64,000 nucleotides of DNA from Beijerinckiaceae bacterium. Its GTDB lineage: Bacteria > Pseudomonadota > Alphaproteobacteria > Rhizobiales > Beijerinckiaceae. Under the pieces are notes generated by a model, which was given only the letters and a program-made list of their open reading frames with translations, was not told where the DNA came from and ran no database searches. The position numbers and the translations under genes were made by a program. Below are positions 35,832 through 45,901 of the stretch, piece by piece; position 1 is the first letter of the stretch, and every line of letters begins with the position of its first letter. Location of the stretch: contig JAPZSB010000008.1 in NCBI GenBank assembly GCA_027531565.1, forward strand, positions 148,350 through 212,349, in the 5' to 3' direction.

Positions 35832-36437
35832 GTGCAGCAGCCGGTCCTGTCGCCCTGGGATGATCTCGACGCCACGCTGGCGGAGGTCTGGCGCTGCCTC
35901 TCCGCGGGGGCTTCGACCCGCCGCTCGGCCTTCCACCATCCCTCCATCGCCACGATCGGCCCCGACGGCGCGCCCCGTGTCCGGACGATGATCCTGCGCG
36001 GCGTCGAGCCGGAACTCCGCCGCCTGCGGCTCCATACCGATATCCGCGGCGGGAAGGTGGCCGAGATTGCCGCCGGGCCCCGCCTGGCGGTGCATGTCTA
36101 TGATCCCGGCATGAAACTGCAGGTTCGCATGACCGGCCTCGCCACGATCCACCACGGCGACGAGGTCGCCCGCATGGGCTGGCAGCATTCCCAGCCGATG
36201 AGCCGGGCCTGCTACGGCACGGTACCGCCGCCGGGCACCGCGATCGATGCCGGCGGCGATTTCGCCCTGCCCGCCTCGCATTCGCCCGAACTGGCTGCGG
36301 GCGAAGCCAATTTCGCCGTCCTTCGCATCACGGTGGAGACGATGGAAACGCTCTATCTCGCGCATGGCGGGCATCGCCGCGCTGCCTTCGCATGGGAAGG
36401 CGCGAGCCTCGTCCGCAGGACATGGCTCGCGCCCTGA
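35832..36437 (+). CDS. Pyridoxamine 5'-phosphate oxidase family protein
   Basis: The GTG start at 35832 gives about 201 aa. FHHPSIATIGPDGAPRVRTMILR is a PNPOx-like split-barrel signature. Confidence 0.65.
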   Translation: MQQPVLSPWDDLDATLAEVWRCLSAGASTRRSAFHHPSIATIGPDGAPRVRTMILRGVEPELRRLRLHTDIRGGKVAEIAAGPRLAVHVYDPGMKLQVRMTGLATIHHGDEVARMGWQHSQPMSRACYGTVPPPGTAIDAGGDFALPASHSPELAAGEANFAVLRITVETMETLYLAHGGHRRAAFAWEGASLVRRTWLAP

Positions 36438-36443
36438 CCGGGC

Positions 36444-37628
36444 TTACGCCTTGGGCATCGCCGCCAGGGCGGCGTCGAGATCGGCGATCAGATCGGCCGG
36501 GGTCTCGAGCCCGATATTCAGGCGGATCGCCCGCCCGCCCGGGCTGAACGGCGTCGCCGAACGGTAGGTCGTGCAGTCGAACGGCACGGCGAGGCTCTCG
36601 AACCCGCCCCAGCTGTAGCCCATCCCGAACAGCTTCAGGTGGTCGAGGAAGGCGATGACCTGGGCATCCGTCTCGGCATCAAGCACGATCGCGAACAGGC
36701 TCGAGGCGCCCTTGAAGTCGCGCTTGAAGAATTCATGGCCCGGGCAGGACGGAAGGGCCGGGTGCAGCACGCGGCGGATGCGCGGATGCTGGTCGAGATG
36801 CCGCGCCACGGCGAGCGCATTCGCCCCCTGCTCGCGCAGGCGCAGCGGCATGGTGCGCAGGCCGCGCAGGGTGAGGAAGATGTCGTCGGGACCGAGATAG
36901 AGCCCGAGATCGCCATGGGTCGCCTGAAGCGCCGGCAGCGCCTGCGCATTGGCGGCCACGAGACCGATCAGCACATCCGAATGGCCGGACGGATATTTCG
37001 TCGCGGCATTGATCGACAGGTCGACGCCGTAGTCGAGCGGCCGGAACAGCAGCGCTGTTGCCCAGGTATTGTCGATCAGCGTGGTGATCCCGTGCTTCTT
37101 GGCCACCGCGACGATCGCGGGCACATCCTGCACCTCGAACGTCTGCGAACCCGGGCTCTCCATGTAGATCGCCCGCGTATTCGGCCGGATCAGCGCCTCG
37201 ATCCCGGCGCCGATCATCGGATCGTAGTAGGTTGTCTCCACGCCGTAGCGGGTCAGCAGCCCGTTGCAGAGCGCCCGGGTCGGCCGATAGGTCGAATCGA
37301 CCATCAGCAGGTGATCGCCGGCCTTGAGGCAGGAGAGCAGGGCGGTCGAACAGGCCGAGGCGCCCGAAGGGCAGATCACGGTGCCCGCAGCGCCTTCGAG
37401 TTCGGACCAGGCCAGTTGCAGCGCTTCCATCGTCGGGTTGCCGCGGCGGCCGTAGGTGAAGCGGTTGCGCCCGGCAAGGCAGGATTCGGCATCCGGGTAG
37501 ACGACCGTCGAGCCCCGGAACGGCGGCACGTTGACGAATCCGTGCGTCTCTCCCGTGTTGCGGCCGGCGAGGACAAGCCGGGTATCGTCACCCATGGATC
37601 GTTTTTCTTCAGGAGTGAGCAGTTTCAT
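36444..37628 (-). CDS. metC: Cystathionine beta-lyase
   Basis: Cys/Met-metabolism PLP enzyme. SINAATKYPSGHSDVLIG contains the PLP lysine. Overall MetC-like pattern. The start may be the downstream ATG at 37595. Confidence 0.85.
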   Translation of the reverse strand: MKLLTPEEKRSMGDDTRLVLAGRNTGETHGFVNVPPFRGSTVVYPDAESCLAGRNRFTYGRRGNPTMEALQLAWSELEGAAGTVICPSGASACSTALLSCLKAGDHLLMVDSTYRPTRALCNGLLTRYGVETTYYDPMIGAGIEALIRPNTRAIYMESPGSQTFEVQDVPAIVAVAKKHGITTLIDNTWATALLFRPLDYGVDLSINAATKYPSGHSDVLIGLVAANAQALPALQATHGDLGLYLGPDDIFLTLRGLRTMPLRLREQGANALAVARHLDQHPRIRRVLHPALPSCPGHEFFKRDFKGASSLFAIVLDAETDAQVIAFLDHLKLFGMGYSWGGFESLAVPFDCTTYRSATPFSPGGRAIRLNIGLETPADLIADLDAALAAMPKA

Positions 37629-37782
37629 AACATTATTCTCATTTGGAGTTCTGAACCGGAAAAATTCTCTTATGTCGGATCATATCAGCGGGCAAGAGTT
37701 TTTCAAGGGAACCCGGCCCTCGCCTCGAATTTGGTCGGATTGCCGTTTTGCCTCTCACCCTGCCGAATTTTCACCAATTGCA

Positions 37783-37886
37783 TCCGGAAATCCGGAAATC
37801 GTGGTCCGGAATTTCACGTTTCGGCACATCGGCAGGGCAAAATTGCCCGATTTGCCCTTGACCTTTCGTCTAAGATCGCCTGCAAT
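37783..37886 (+). promoter_or_regulatory. Repeat motifs, palindrome and candidate promoter upstream of aapJ
   Basis: TCCGGAAA at 37783 and 37791 and TCCGGAAT at 37805. Perfect 14-bp palindrome GGGCAAAATTGCCC at 37835-37848. TTGACC-N17-TGCAAT at 37858-37886. Confidence 0.45.
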
Positions 37887-37976
37887 GAAAACTCCTGTCG
37901 CAATTGGGATCAACCTGAAGGCGCCGTATCCGGTCGCCTGCGACGGGAGCAATGAAACACTCGGGGAGACGAGTTA

Positions 37977-38993
37977 ATGAAGAAAGTACTGATGTCGGTT
38001 GCCGTTGGCGCCGCCTTCGTGATGGCGGCCGGTTCGGCTTCCGCGCAAACCCTCAACCAGGTCAAGAGCCGTGGCGTGCTGCAATGCGGCTCGAATACCG
38101 GTCTTGCCGGGTTCGGCCAGCCGGACGCGCAGGGTAACTGGACGGGCCTCGACGTTGACTATTGCCGCGCGATCGCTGCGGCCATCTTCAACGATGCCAG
38201 CAAGGTCAAGTTCGTTCCGCTTTCCGCGAAGGACCGCTTCACGGCGCTCCAGTCCGGCGAAGTGGACGTCCTCGTCCGCAACACCACCTGGACCATGTCG
38301 CGCGATACGCAGCTGGGCCTCGAATTCGGCCCGGTCAACTATTACGACGGCCAGGGCTTCATGGTCCGCAAGAAGCTGAAGATCGCCTCGGCGATGGAAC
38401 TCTCGGGCGCCTCTGTCTGCACCCAGCAGGGCACCACCACCGAGCTGAACCTCGCGGACTTCTTCCGCGCCAACAAGCTGAAATATGAAGTCGTTGCGTT
38501 CGCCTCGTCGGACGAGACGATCAAGGCCTATGATGCCGGCCGCTGCGACGTCTTCACGACGGACGCCTCGGGCCTCTACGCCGAACGCCTGAAGCTGACG
38601 GCCCCGGACGACCATATCGTCCTGCCGGAAATCATCTCGAAGGAGCCGCTCGGTGCCGCCTGGCGCCATGGCGACAACCAGTGGGGTGATATCGTCAAGT
38701 GGACGCATTACGCGATGGTGACGGCCGAGGAACTCGGCGTGACCAAGGCCAATGTTGACGAGATGCTCAAGTCCACCAACCCGGACGTGAAGCGTCTGCT
38801 CGGCACGGAAGGCAAGTTCGGTGAAGCCATCGGCCTCACCAATGACTGGGCCTACCGGATCATCAAGCTCGTCGGCAATTACGGCGAGTCGTTCGACAGG
38901 AACGTCGGCGCCGGTTCGCGCCTGAAGATCGCCCGCGGCGTCAACGCGCTGTGGTCCAAGGGCGGCCTGCAATACGCTCCGCCGATCCGCTGA
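37977..38993 (+). CDS. aapJ: General L-amino acid ABC transporter substrate-binding protein
   Basis: Signal peptide, then LNQVKSRGVLQCGSNTGLAGF..GLDVDYCRAIAAAIF is AapJ/BztA-like. Followed by aapQMP. Confidence 0.9.
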   Translation: MKKVLMSVAVGAAFVMAAGSASAQTLNQVKSRGVLQCGSNTGLAGFGQPDAQGNWTGLDVDYCRAIAAAIFNDASKVKFVPLSAKDRFTALQSGEVDVLVRNTTWTMSRDTQLGLEFGPVNYYDGQGFMVRKKLKIASAMELSGASVCTQQGTTTELNLADFFRANKLKYEVVAFASSDETIKAYDAGRCDVFTTDASGLYAERLKLTAPDDHIVLPEIISKEPLGAAWRHGDNQWGDIVKWTHYAMVTAEELGVTKANVDEMLKSTNPDVKRLLGTEGKFGEAIGLTNDWAYRIIKLVGNYGESFDRNVGAGSRLKIARGVNALWSKGGLQYAPPIR

Positions 38994-39006
38994 GGATCGC
39001 CAATCC

Positions 39007-39047
39007 GGGGGATGGCTGCTGTCGGCCATCCCCCTTTTTATTGTTTT
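39007..39047 (+). terminator. Intra-operon intrinsic terminator after aapJ
   Basis: Perfect 10-bp stem gggggatggc / gccatccccc, 8-nt loop, then tttttattgtttt. Confidence 0.8.
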
Positions 39048-39209
39048 CGGGGGAGGGCGACTGCCATAGACCGTCGAACGGTCAATGTCGGTCGCTGGCG
39101 TAGCACCACGGCCCTGATGGATGGGCCCTGGCAGGGTGGTCGCCGGGTGTGCAAGCATAGGTTGCGGGCGCATGCATCTCCCCCACAGAGTTGAAGTGGG
39201 GAGACTTCA

Positions 39210-40418
39210 ATGAGTTCGGTGGATGCCCCGAAGCTGGGCGGTACGGGCGGGGACGAAAAGCCGCACGTGGCCTTCTGGAATGATCCGGAAAAACGCGGCT
39301 ACCTGTTTCAGGCGCTACTTTTCGTTGTTGTTGGATATCTTGTCTATGCCGCGGCGACGAACGCCATTGACAATCTGACCAAGCAGAAGATCGCCACCGG
39401 TTTCGATTTCTGGAACAACACGGCCGGCTTCGATATCGGCCAGCGCCTGATTCCGTACGAGACCACGTCCAGCTATGGCCGCGCCTTCTGGGTCGGGCTG
39501 GTCAACACCCTGCTGGTGGCCGGCATCGGGATCATCTTTGCGACGATGCTGGGCTTCATCATCGGCGTGGCGCGCCTCTCGAAGAACTTCCTCGTCAACA
39601 AGCTGGCCGCCCTCTATGTCGAGGTGATCCGCAACACGCCGCTGCTGCTGCAATTGCTGTTCTGGTACAATGCGGTGCTGAAAGCGCTGCCGGAAGTGAG
39701 GGATTCGGTCGCCATGCCCGGCGGCTTCTTCCTCAACAACCGCGGCCTTTTCATGCCGGAGCCGGTCTTCGGGGCCAACTTCTCGTGGGTCACATGGACC
39801 CTGGCCGCTGGTCTGATGGCCTATTTCGCCTATGGGCGCTGGGCCAGGAAGAAGCAGGAGAGAACCGGGCAGCAATCGCCGGTGCTGCTGGTCGGGCTCG
39901 GTCTCGTCATCCTGCTGCCGCTCCTCGCGTTCTTCGGGGCCGGGCAGCCGCTGAGCTTCAACATCCCGGATCTCGGCCGCTTCAATATCCGTGGCGGCGT
40001 GCAGATCTACCCGGAATTCGTCGCGCTGCTGATGGGCCTCGTCATCTACACCGCGGCCTTCATCGCCGAAGTGGTGCGCGCCGGCATCCAGGCCGTGTCC
40101 AAGGGACAGACCGAGGCGGCCTATGCCCTCGGGCTGCGTCCCGGCCCGACGCTGGACCTCGTCGTCATCCCGCAGGCGATGCGCGTGATCATTCCGCCGC
40201 TGACCTCGCAATATCTGAACCTCACGAAGAATTCCTCGCTGGCGGTTGCCGTCGGCTATCCGGATCTCGTGCAGGTCTTCATGGGCACGGTGCTGAACCA
40301 GACCGGGCAGGCGGTCGAGGTCATCGCCATTACCATGGCAGTCTATCTCACCATCAGTCTTTTCACCTCGCTGGTGATGAACTGGTACAATTCCCGCAAG
40401 GCCCTGGTCGAGCGCTGA
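39210..40418 (+). CDS. aapQ: General L-amino acid ABC transporter permease
   Basis: 402-aa polytopic His/Glu/Gln/Arg-type permease with a long N-terminal extension, as in AapQ/BztB. Confidence 0.88.
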   Translation: MSSVDAPKLGGTGGDEKPHVAFWNDPEKRGYLFQALLFVVVGYLVYAAATNAIDNLTKQKIATGFDFWNNTAGFDIGQRLIPYETTSSYGRAFWVGLVNTLLVAGIGIIFATMLGFIIGVARLSKNFLVNKLAALYVEVIRNTPLLLQLLFWYNAVLKALPEVRDSVAMPGGFFLNNRGLFMPEPVFGANFSWVTWTLAAGLMAYFAYGRWARKKQERTGQQSPVLLVGLGLVILLPLLAFFGAGQPLSFNIPDLGRFNIRGGVQIYPEFVALLMGLVIYTAAFIAEVVRAGIQAVSKGQTEAAYALGLRPGPTLDLVVIPQAMRVIIPPLTSQYLNLTKNSSLAVAVGYPDLVQVFMGTVLNQTGQAVEVIAITMAVYLTISLFTSLVMNWYNSRKALVER

Positions 40419-40428
40419 GGAGGAGCGA

Positions 40429-41586
40429 ATGAATACCCAAGTCGTTTCTGCCTCGTCGAAGGCCTATGTCCGGCAGGTTCCTGCCGAAGTGCTGCCGCCG
40501 CCGGGGAGCCTGATCGGCCCCCTGGCCTGGGTCCGGGACAACCTGTTCTCGTCGCCGGCCAATATCCTGCTCACGGTTGTTGCGGCCTTCGTGGCCTATA
40601 TCTCCATTCCGAGCTTCCTGAACTTCCTCATTTTCGATGCGGTCTGGACAGGGGCGGACCGCGAGGCCTGCATCGCGAAGAACGGTGTCGTGCCGGGGGC
40701 CTGCTGGGCTTTCGTGCGCGAGCGCCTCAACTTCTTCATCTACGGCTTCTACCCGGTCGACCAGCGCTGGCGGGTGGACCTGTTCTTCGTCCTCGGGGCG
40801 ATCGGCGTGGCCTGGATGCTCTGGCTGAAGGCCCCGCGCCGCGATATCGGCATGATCTATTTCCTGGTCGTGCTGCCGGTTGCCTCCTACTACATCCTGG
40901 GCGGCGCAAACTGGCTCGGCCTCCAGCCCGTCGATACCGCCCGTTGGGGTGGCCTGATGGTCACGCTGGTGGTGGCCGGGGTCGGCATCGTCGCCTCCCT
41001 GCCGCTCGGTATCCTGCTTGCGCTCGGCCGGCGGTCGAAACTGCCGGTCATCAAGTTCTTCTCGGTGCTCTTCATCGAGTTTGTCCGCGGTGTGCCGTTG
41101 ATCACGGTGCTCTTCATGGCGAACACGATGCTGCCGCTATTCCTGCCGGACAACATCACGGTGGACAAGCTGCTGCGGGCGCTGGTCGGGATCGGGCTCT
41201 TCGCCTCCGCCTACATGGCCGAGGTGGTGCGCGCCGGCCTGCAGGCCCTGCCGAAGGGGCAATATGAAGGCGCGATGGCCATGGGCCTCGGCTATTGGCA
41301 GATGATGCGCCTCATCATCCTGCCGCAGGCGCTGAAGGTCACGATCCCCAATATCGTGAACACCTATATCGGCCTGTTCAAGGATACGTCGCTGCTGCTC
41401 ATTGTCGGCATCTTCGACTTCCTCAAGGCAATCGAGACCGCTCGGATCGACCCGCAATGGGCTGCACCGACGACCTCGACGACAGGCTATGCCTTCGCCG
41501 CGATCATCTATTTTCTGTTCTGCTATGGCATGGCAAGCTACGCCCGCGCGATGGAGCGGCGGCTTTCCGTGGCTGACAAGAGGTAA
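40429..41586 (+). CDS. aapM: General L-amino acid ABC transporter permease
   Basis: 385-aa polytopic protein. EAA loop QYEGAMAMGLGYWQMMRLIILPQALK. Confidence 0.88.
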   Translation: MNTQVVSASSKAYVRQVPAEVLPPPGSLIGPLAWVRDNLFSSPANILLTVVAAFVAYISIPSFLNFLIFDAVWTGADREACIAKNGVVPGACWAFVRERLNFFIYGFYPVDQRWRVDLFFVLGAIGVAWMLWLKAPRRDIGMIYFLVVLPVASYYILGGANWLGLQPVDTARWGGLMVTLVVAGVGIVASLPLGILLALGRRSKLPVIKFFSVLFIEFVRGVPLITVLFMANTMLPLFLPDNITVDKLLRALVGIGLFASAYMAEVVRAGLQALPKGQYEGAMAMGLGYWQMMRLIILPQALKVTIPNIVNTYIGLFKDTSLLLIVGIFDFLKAIETARIDPQWAAPTTSTTGYAFAAIIYFLFCYGMASYARAMERRLSVADKR

Positions 41587-41598
41587 GGGAGTAACCTC

Positions 41599-42369
<771 letters not shown>

Positions 42370-42394
42370 GGGCGAACGGCCCCTGACGAAACCG

Positions 42395-42420
42395 AAAGGG
42401 CGCCCCGGGGCGCCCTTTCT
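42395..42420. terminator. Bidirectional terminator between aapP and sseA
   Basis: aaagggcgcc-ccgg-ggcgcccttt is a perfect 10-bp stem flanked by A/T runs on both strands. Confidence 0.7.
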
Positions 42421-42446
42421 GCGTTGACATGCTGCCGCGGGAAGGT

Positions 42447-43313
42447 TCAAGCGCCCTTCGGCGCCCCCGTTCCGAGCGGAAGATCATGCCGGCTGCCCCA
42501 TTCGGCCCAGGAGCCGTCATAGATCGCCGCCACGGGCACATCGGCCCGGCTCATCGCCATGGCGATGATGCAGGTCGAGACGCCGGACCCGCAGGAGCAG
42601 ATGACCGGCTTCGCAGGGTCGATCCCGGCCGCGCTGATCGCTTCGCGCAAGGCGGCCGGGTCCTTCAGCGCGCCATTGGCGGTGATGGCGTCGAACGGCA
42701 GGTTGAGGCTGCCCGGCATGTGGCCCGCCCGGACGCCGGGGCGGGGCTCCGGCGCATCGCCACGGAAGCGGGCGGCTGGCCGGGCATCGACAACCTGCGC
42801 CGAGCCGTTCTGGAGGGCCTCCGCCACGCGGTCGAGATCGGCCACGCTGGAGCGGTCGAGACGGGCGGTGAAGTGCGCCGGTGCAGGGTTGGCGGCACCG
42901 GCTTCGACCGGGCGCCCCTCGGCCTTCCAGCGCGGCAGGCCGCCTTCCATGATCCGGACATCGCGGGCGCCGTAGAGGCGGAGCATCCACGCCACGCGCG
43001 GCGCGGTGAACAGGCCGAGCTGGTCATAGACCACGATCGTGTCGCTTTCCGAGAGGCCGAGCGCGCCGGCCTTCTCGGCGAAGAAGGCGGGTTCCGGCAG
43101 CATATGCGGCAGGGAACTGGCGGGGTCGGAGATGACATCGATATCGAAGAACACCGCCCCCGGCAGATGGGCATCGAGAAACTCCGCCGCGCCCTTCCGG
43201 CCCGTCGGCGGCAGGTGCCAGGACCCGTCGACCACCCGGATGCCGGGCTTGCCGATCATCCCGGCGACCTCCGTCGTGGTGACGAAGGGAATATCCTTGA
43301 AGATGTTGATCAT
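42447..43313 (-). CDS. sseA: 3-mercaptopyruvate sulfurtransferase (tandem rhodanese)
   Basis: Two rhodanese domains. Active-site loop CSCGSGVSTC. GHLPGAVFFDID motif. Confidence 0.85.
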   Translation of the reverse strand: MINIFKDIPFVTTTEVAGMIGKPGIRVVDGSWHLPPTGRKGAAEFLDAHLPGAVFFDIDVISDPASSLPHMLPEPAFFAEKAGALGLSESDTIVVYDQLGLFTAPRVAWMLRLYGARDVRIMEGGLPRWKAEGRPVEAGAANPAPAHFTARLDRSSVADLDRVAEALQNGSAQVVDARPAARFRGDAPEPRPGVRAGHMPGSLNLPFDAITANGALKDPAALREAISAAGIDPAKPVICSCGSGVSTCIIAMAMSRADVPVAAIYDGSWAEWGSRHDLPLGTGAPKGA

Positions 43314-43330
43314 GCTGCGTGTCCTTGTGC

Positions 43331-44077
43331 TCAGGCGAAGCCGATCCGCACCCGGCGGTTCTGCTTGCCCTTCTTCTCGATATTGGTGACGACCATCGGG
43401 CCGATCTCGCGCGTGTTCCGTACATGCGTGCCGCCGCAGGGCTGGAGGTCCAGCCCGGCAATCTCGACCAGCCGCACCTTGCCCGAACCGCGTGGCGGCT
43501 TGACCGACATGGTCTTCACCAGTTGCGGATTGGCGTCGAGTTCCTCGTCGGTGATCCAGCGCGACGTGATCTCGGCCTCCTGCCCGATCAGCCGATTGAG
43601 TTCCGCCGTGATCGCCTCCTTTTCGAGCCCCGCTTCGGGAATGTCGAAATCGAGCCGGCCATCCTCGAGGCCGATCGCCCCTCCCGTCACCGGATAGGGC
43701 AGGGCGACGGAGAGCAGGTGAAGCGCGGAATGCACGCGCATCAGGCGGTAGCGACGTTCGAAATCGAGCTCCATGGCGATCTCCGCGCCGTCCCAGGCGG
43801 CAGGGTCCCCGCCCTCGGGCAGCCTGTGGCCGACGACGGTTTTCGCTGCGTCAAGATAGCGCAACTCGCCCACCGGCAGGCTGTGTCCACCGGATTTGAC
43901 AATGACCCCCGCATCCGAGGGCTGCCCGCCCGAGGCCGGATAGAACAGGGTACGATCGAGGATCAGGAAGTCCGCAGATCGGCCGATGACCCGCGCCTTG
44001 GCGCTTTTCAGGTAGGCATCGTCGCGAAAAAGCAGGTGCGTCGGCGGAAAGGGCGGCAATTCGGGCGTTTCGGTCAA
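43331..44077 (-). CDS. Alanyl-tRNA editing protein (AlaX-M-like)
   Basis: HSALHLL and CGGTHV zinc motifs of the AlaRS second additional/editing domain. There is no in-frame ATG near the conserved N-terminus, so a TTG at 44077 is proposed (uncertain). The ORF-track start is 44257. Confidence 0.75.
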   Translation of the reverse strand: MTETPELPPFPPTHLLFRDDAYLKSAKARVIGRSADFLILDRTLFYPASGGQPSDAGVIVKSGGHSLPVGELRYLDAAKTVVGHRLPEGGDPAAWDGAEIAMELDFERRYRLMRVHSALHLLSVALPYPVTGGAIGLEDGRLDFDIPEAGLEKEAITAELNRLIGQEAEITSRWITDEELDANPQLVKTMSVKPPRGSGKVRLVEIAGLDLQPCGGTHVRNTREIGPMVVTNIEKKGKQNRRVRIGFA

Positions 44078-44249
44078 GGCCGGTCTCGCTGGCAAGGAGG
44101 GGATTGGTCCGGCACTATACCGGAGAGCCGGCGGGATTGAAGCCGGGCCGCGCGAGCCGTCCACCCCTGTTTCTGCGGCAATGGGCCCCGTTGCATGGCT
44201 GGCCCGCGCGGGATTACGCCTTATTTCCAGATGCACGACTCGCCGCCAA

Positions 44250-44277
44250 TGATCCAAAATGGGTTGCAGGGCGTAGA
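44250..44277 (+). promoter_or_regulatory. ECF sigma-E (ChrR-partner) type promoter motif
   Basis: TGATCC (44250-44255), a 16-nt spacer, then CGTAGAG (44272-). It lies about 85 nt upstream of the ChrR-like gene. The consensus TGATCC-N16/17-CGTA(AGA) is recalled from Rhodobacter sphaeroides work, not computed. Confidence 0.5.
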
Positions 44278-44360
44278 GCGAGCAGATAGGTGCACGATCT
44301 TCGACACCCAGTCGTCAATCGCGCAGGACGCTTTTCGGGAACGGGCAGGAGCAGGACTTC

Positions 44361-45011
44361 GTGGAAACGATGAACCAAATTCAGGACGGACAGCCCCTCG
44401 AGCTGATGCTCGCGGGCTATGCCGCCGGCACCCTGCCTCGGGCCCTGCACGCGCTGGTCGGTGCACATCTCGAATTGTCTCCGGTCAACCGCGGTTTTGT
44501 CGCGCGGCTGGAGGATGGCCTCTCCCGCGCGGTCGTCGCGCAGGAGCCGGCGGCGATCCGCGGGCGTGATGCCCGGCTGGACGCGATCTTCTCCGCCGGC
44601 CCGGTCGAGGCCGCGATCGCCGAGCGCAACGCGCGTGAACCGCGTGCCCTGCGCCATCTTTTCGGCAAGTCGATCGATGATCTCTCGTTCCGGACCGTGC
44701 TGCCCGGCGTCAAGGAATTCCGTCTGGAGACCGATGACGAAACCCGCGCGGTCCTCTACCGCATCCGCGCCGGCCGCAAGATGCCGCAGCATTCGCATGA
44801 AGGCGCGGAAGTCACGCTCGTCCTGCAGGGCGGCTTTACCGACGAGACCGGCCATTACCGCCGCGGCGACATGGTCATCGCCGACGAGCATCTTGACCAT
44901 GTCCCCGTGGCCGATGCGGATGAGGAATGCATCTGCTTCGCCGTGATGGATGCGCCGCTGCGCCTCACCGGAACGTTCGGCCGTCTGGTCAATCGCTTCG
45001 TAAGCCATTGA
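44361..45011 (+). CDS. ChrR-like anti-sigma factor / cupin protein
   Basis: N-terminal LMLAGYAAGTLPRALHALVGAHLELSPVNR resembles the ChrR anti-sigma domain. C-terminal cupin with HSHEGAEVTLVLQG...GHYRRGD. GTG at 44361 (ATG at 44370 is the alternative). Confidence 0.8.
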   Translation: METMNQIQDGQPLELMLAGYAAGTLPRALHALVGAHLELSPVNRGFVARLEDGLSRAVVAQEPAAIRGRDARLDAIFSAGPVEAAIAERNAREPRALRHLFGKSIDDLSFRTVLPGVKEFRLETDDETRAVLYRIRAGRKMPQHSHEGAEVTLVLQGGFTDETGHYRRGDMVIADEHLDHVPVADADEECICFAVMDAPLRLTGTFGRLVNRFVSH

Positions 45012-45808
45012 AACCCGTTTTCTCGAAACCGGAAGACGGGCTTTTCTGGATCACGGGCGCCAGCTCGGGCATCGGCTATGCCGTCGCGCTCGAGGCGGCC
45101 CGCCGGGGCTGGCGTGTCGTCGCCACGGCCCGCCGCCCGGATGAACTCGCCGCGCTGGCTTCCGCCGCGGACGGACTTCCCGGCCGCATCATTCCGGCCC
45201 CGGCCGATGTGACCGATGCTGCCGCACTGGCGGATCTTGTCCGGCAGGTCGAGGCGGAACACGGCCCGATCACCCGTGCTTTTCTCAATGCCGGCATCTA
45301 TCTGCCCGTGCGGCTCTTCCCGTTCGAGGCCGGCAAGATGCATCGCAGCTTCGCGGTCAATGTCGGCGGCGCGATCAACGCGCTCGACGCGCTGGTGCCG
45401 CATATGGTGCCGCGGGGCAGGGGGCAGATCGTGTTCAATGCCTCGGTAGCCGGGTATTCCGGCCTGCCCACCTCGGCCGGCTACGGGGCCACCAAGGCGG
45501 CCCTGATCAACATGGCCGAGTCGCTCCGGCTGGACGGCGATCTCTCGGGCATCCTGATCCAGGTGGTCAATCCGGGCTTCATCCGGACGCCGGCCACTGA
45601 TACCAACCCCTTCCCGATGCCCTTCCTGATGGATGTCGAGCCGGCTGCGATCCGCGTGCTGGACGGCATGGACAGCACCGCGTTCGAGATCACGTTCCCG
45701 CGGCGCTTCACCTTTTTCCTGAAGTTCCTGCGCATGCTGCCCCGCCGCTGGTACCTGCCGCTCGTCAGCTGGTCGACCGGCTGGAACGACAAGGGCAAGG
45801 TGAACTGA
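45008..45808 (+). CDS. Short-chain dehydrogenase/reductase
   Basis: ITGASSGIGYAVALE (TGxxxGxG) and NASVAGYSGLPTSAGYGATKAA (YxxxK). The proposed TTG start at 45008 overlaps the upstream TGA. The ORF-track start at 44927 would overlap the ChrR-like gene by 85 nt. Confidence 0.8.
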   Translation: MKPVFSKPEDGLFWITGASSGIGYAVALEAARRGWRVVATARRPDELAALASAADGLPGRIIPAPADVTDAAALADLVRQVEAEHGPITRAFLNAGIYLPVRLFPFEAGKMHRSFAVNVGGAINALDALVPHMVPRGRGQIVFNASVAGYSGLPTSAGYGATKAALINMAESLRLDGDLSGILIQVVNPGFIRTPATDTNPFPMPFLMDVEPAAIRVLDGMDSTAFEITFPRRFTFFLKFLRMLPRRWYLPLVSWSTGWNDKGKVN

Positions 45809-45901
45809 GGCCAGCCGAATCAAGGTCAGGCAAATTGGCTGGCCTGCCGGACAACGCCGCCATCTGACAGGCAAGGCCGCATGGGCCCTGCCTCTCTTCG
45901 C

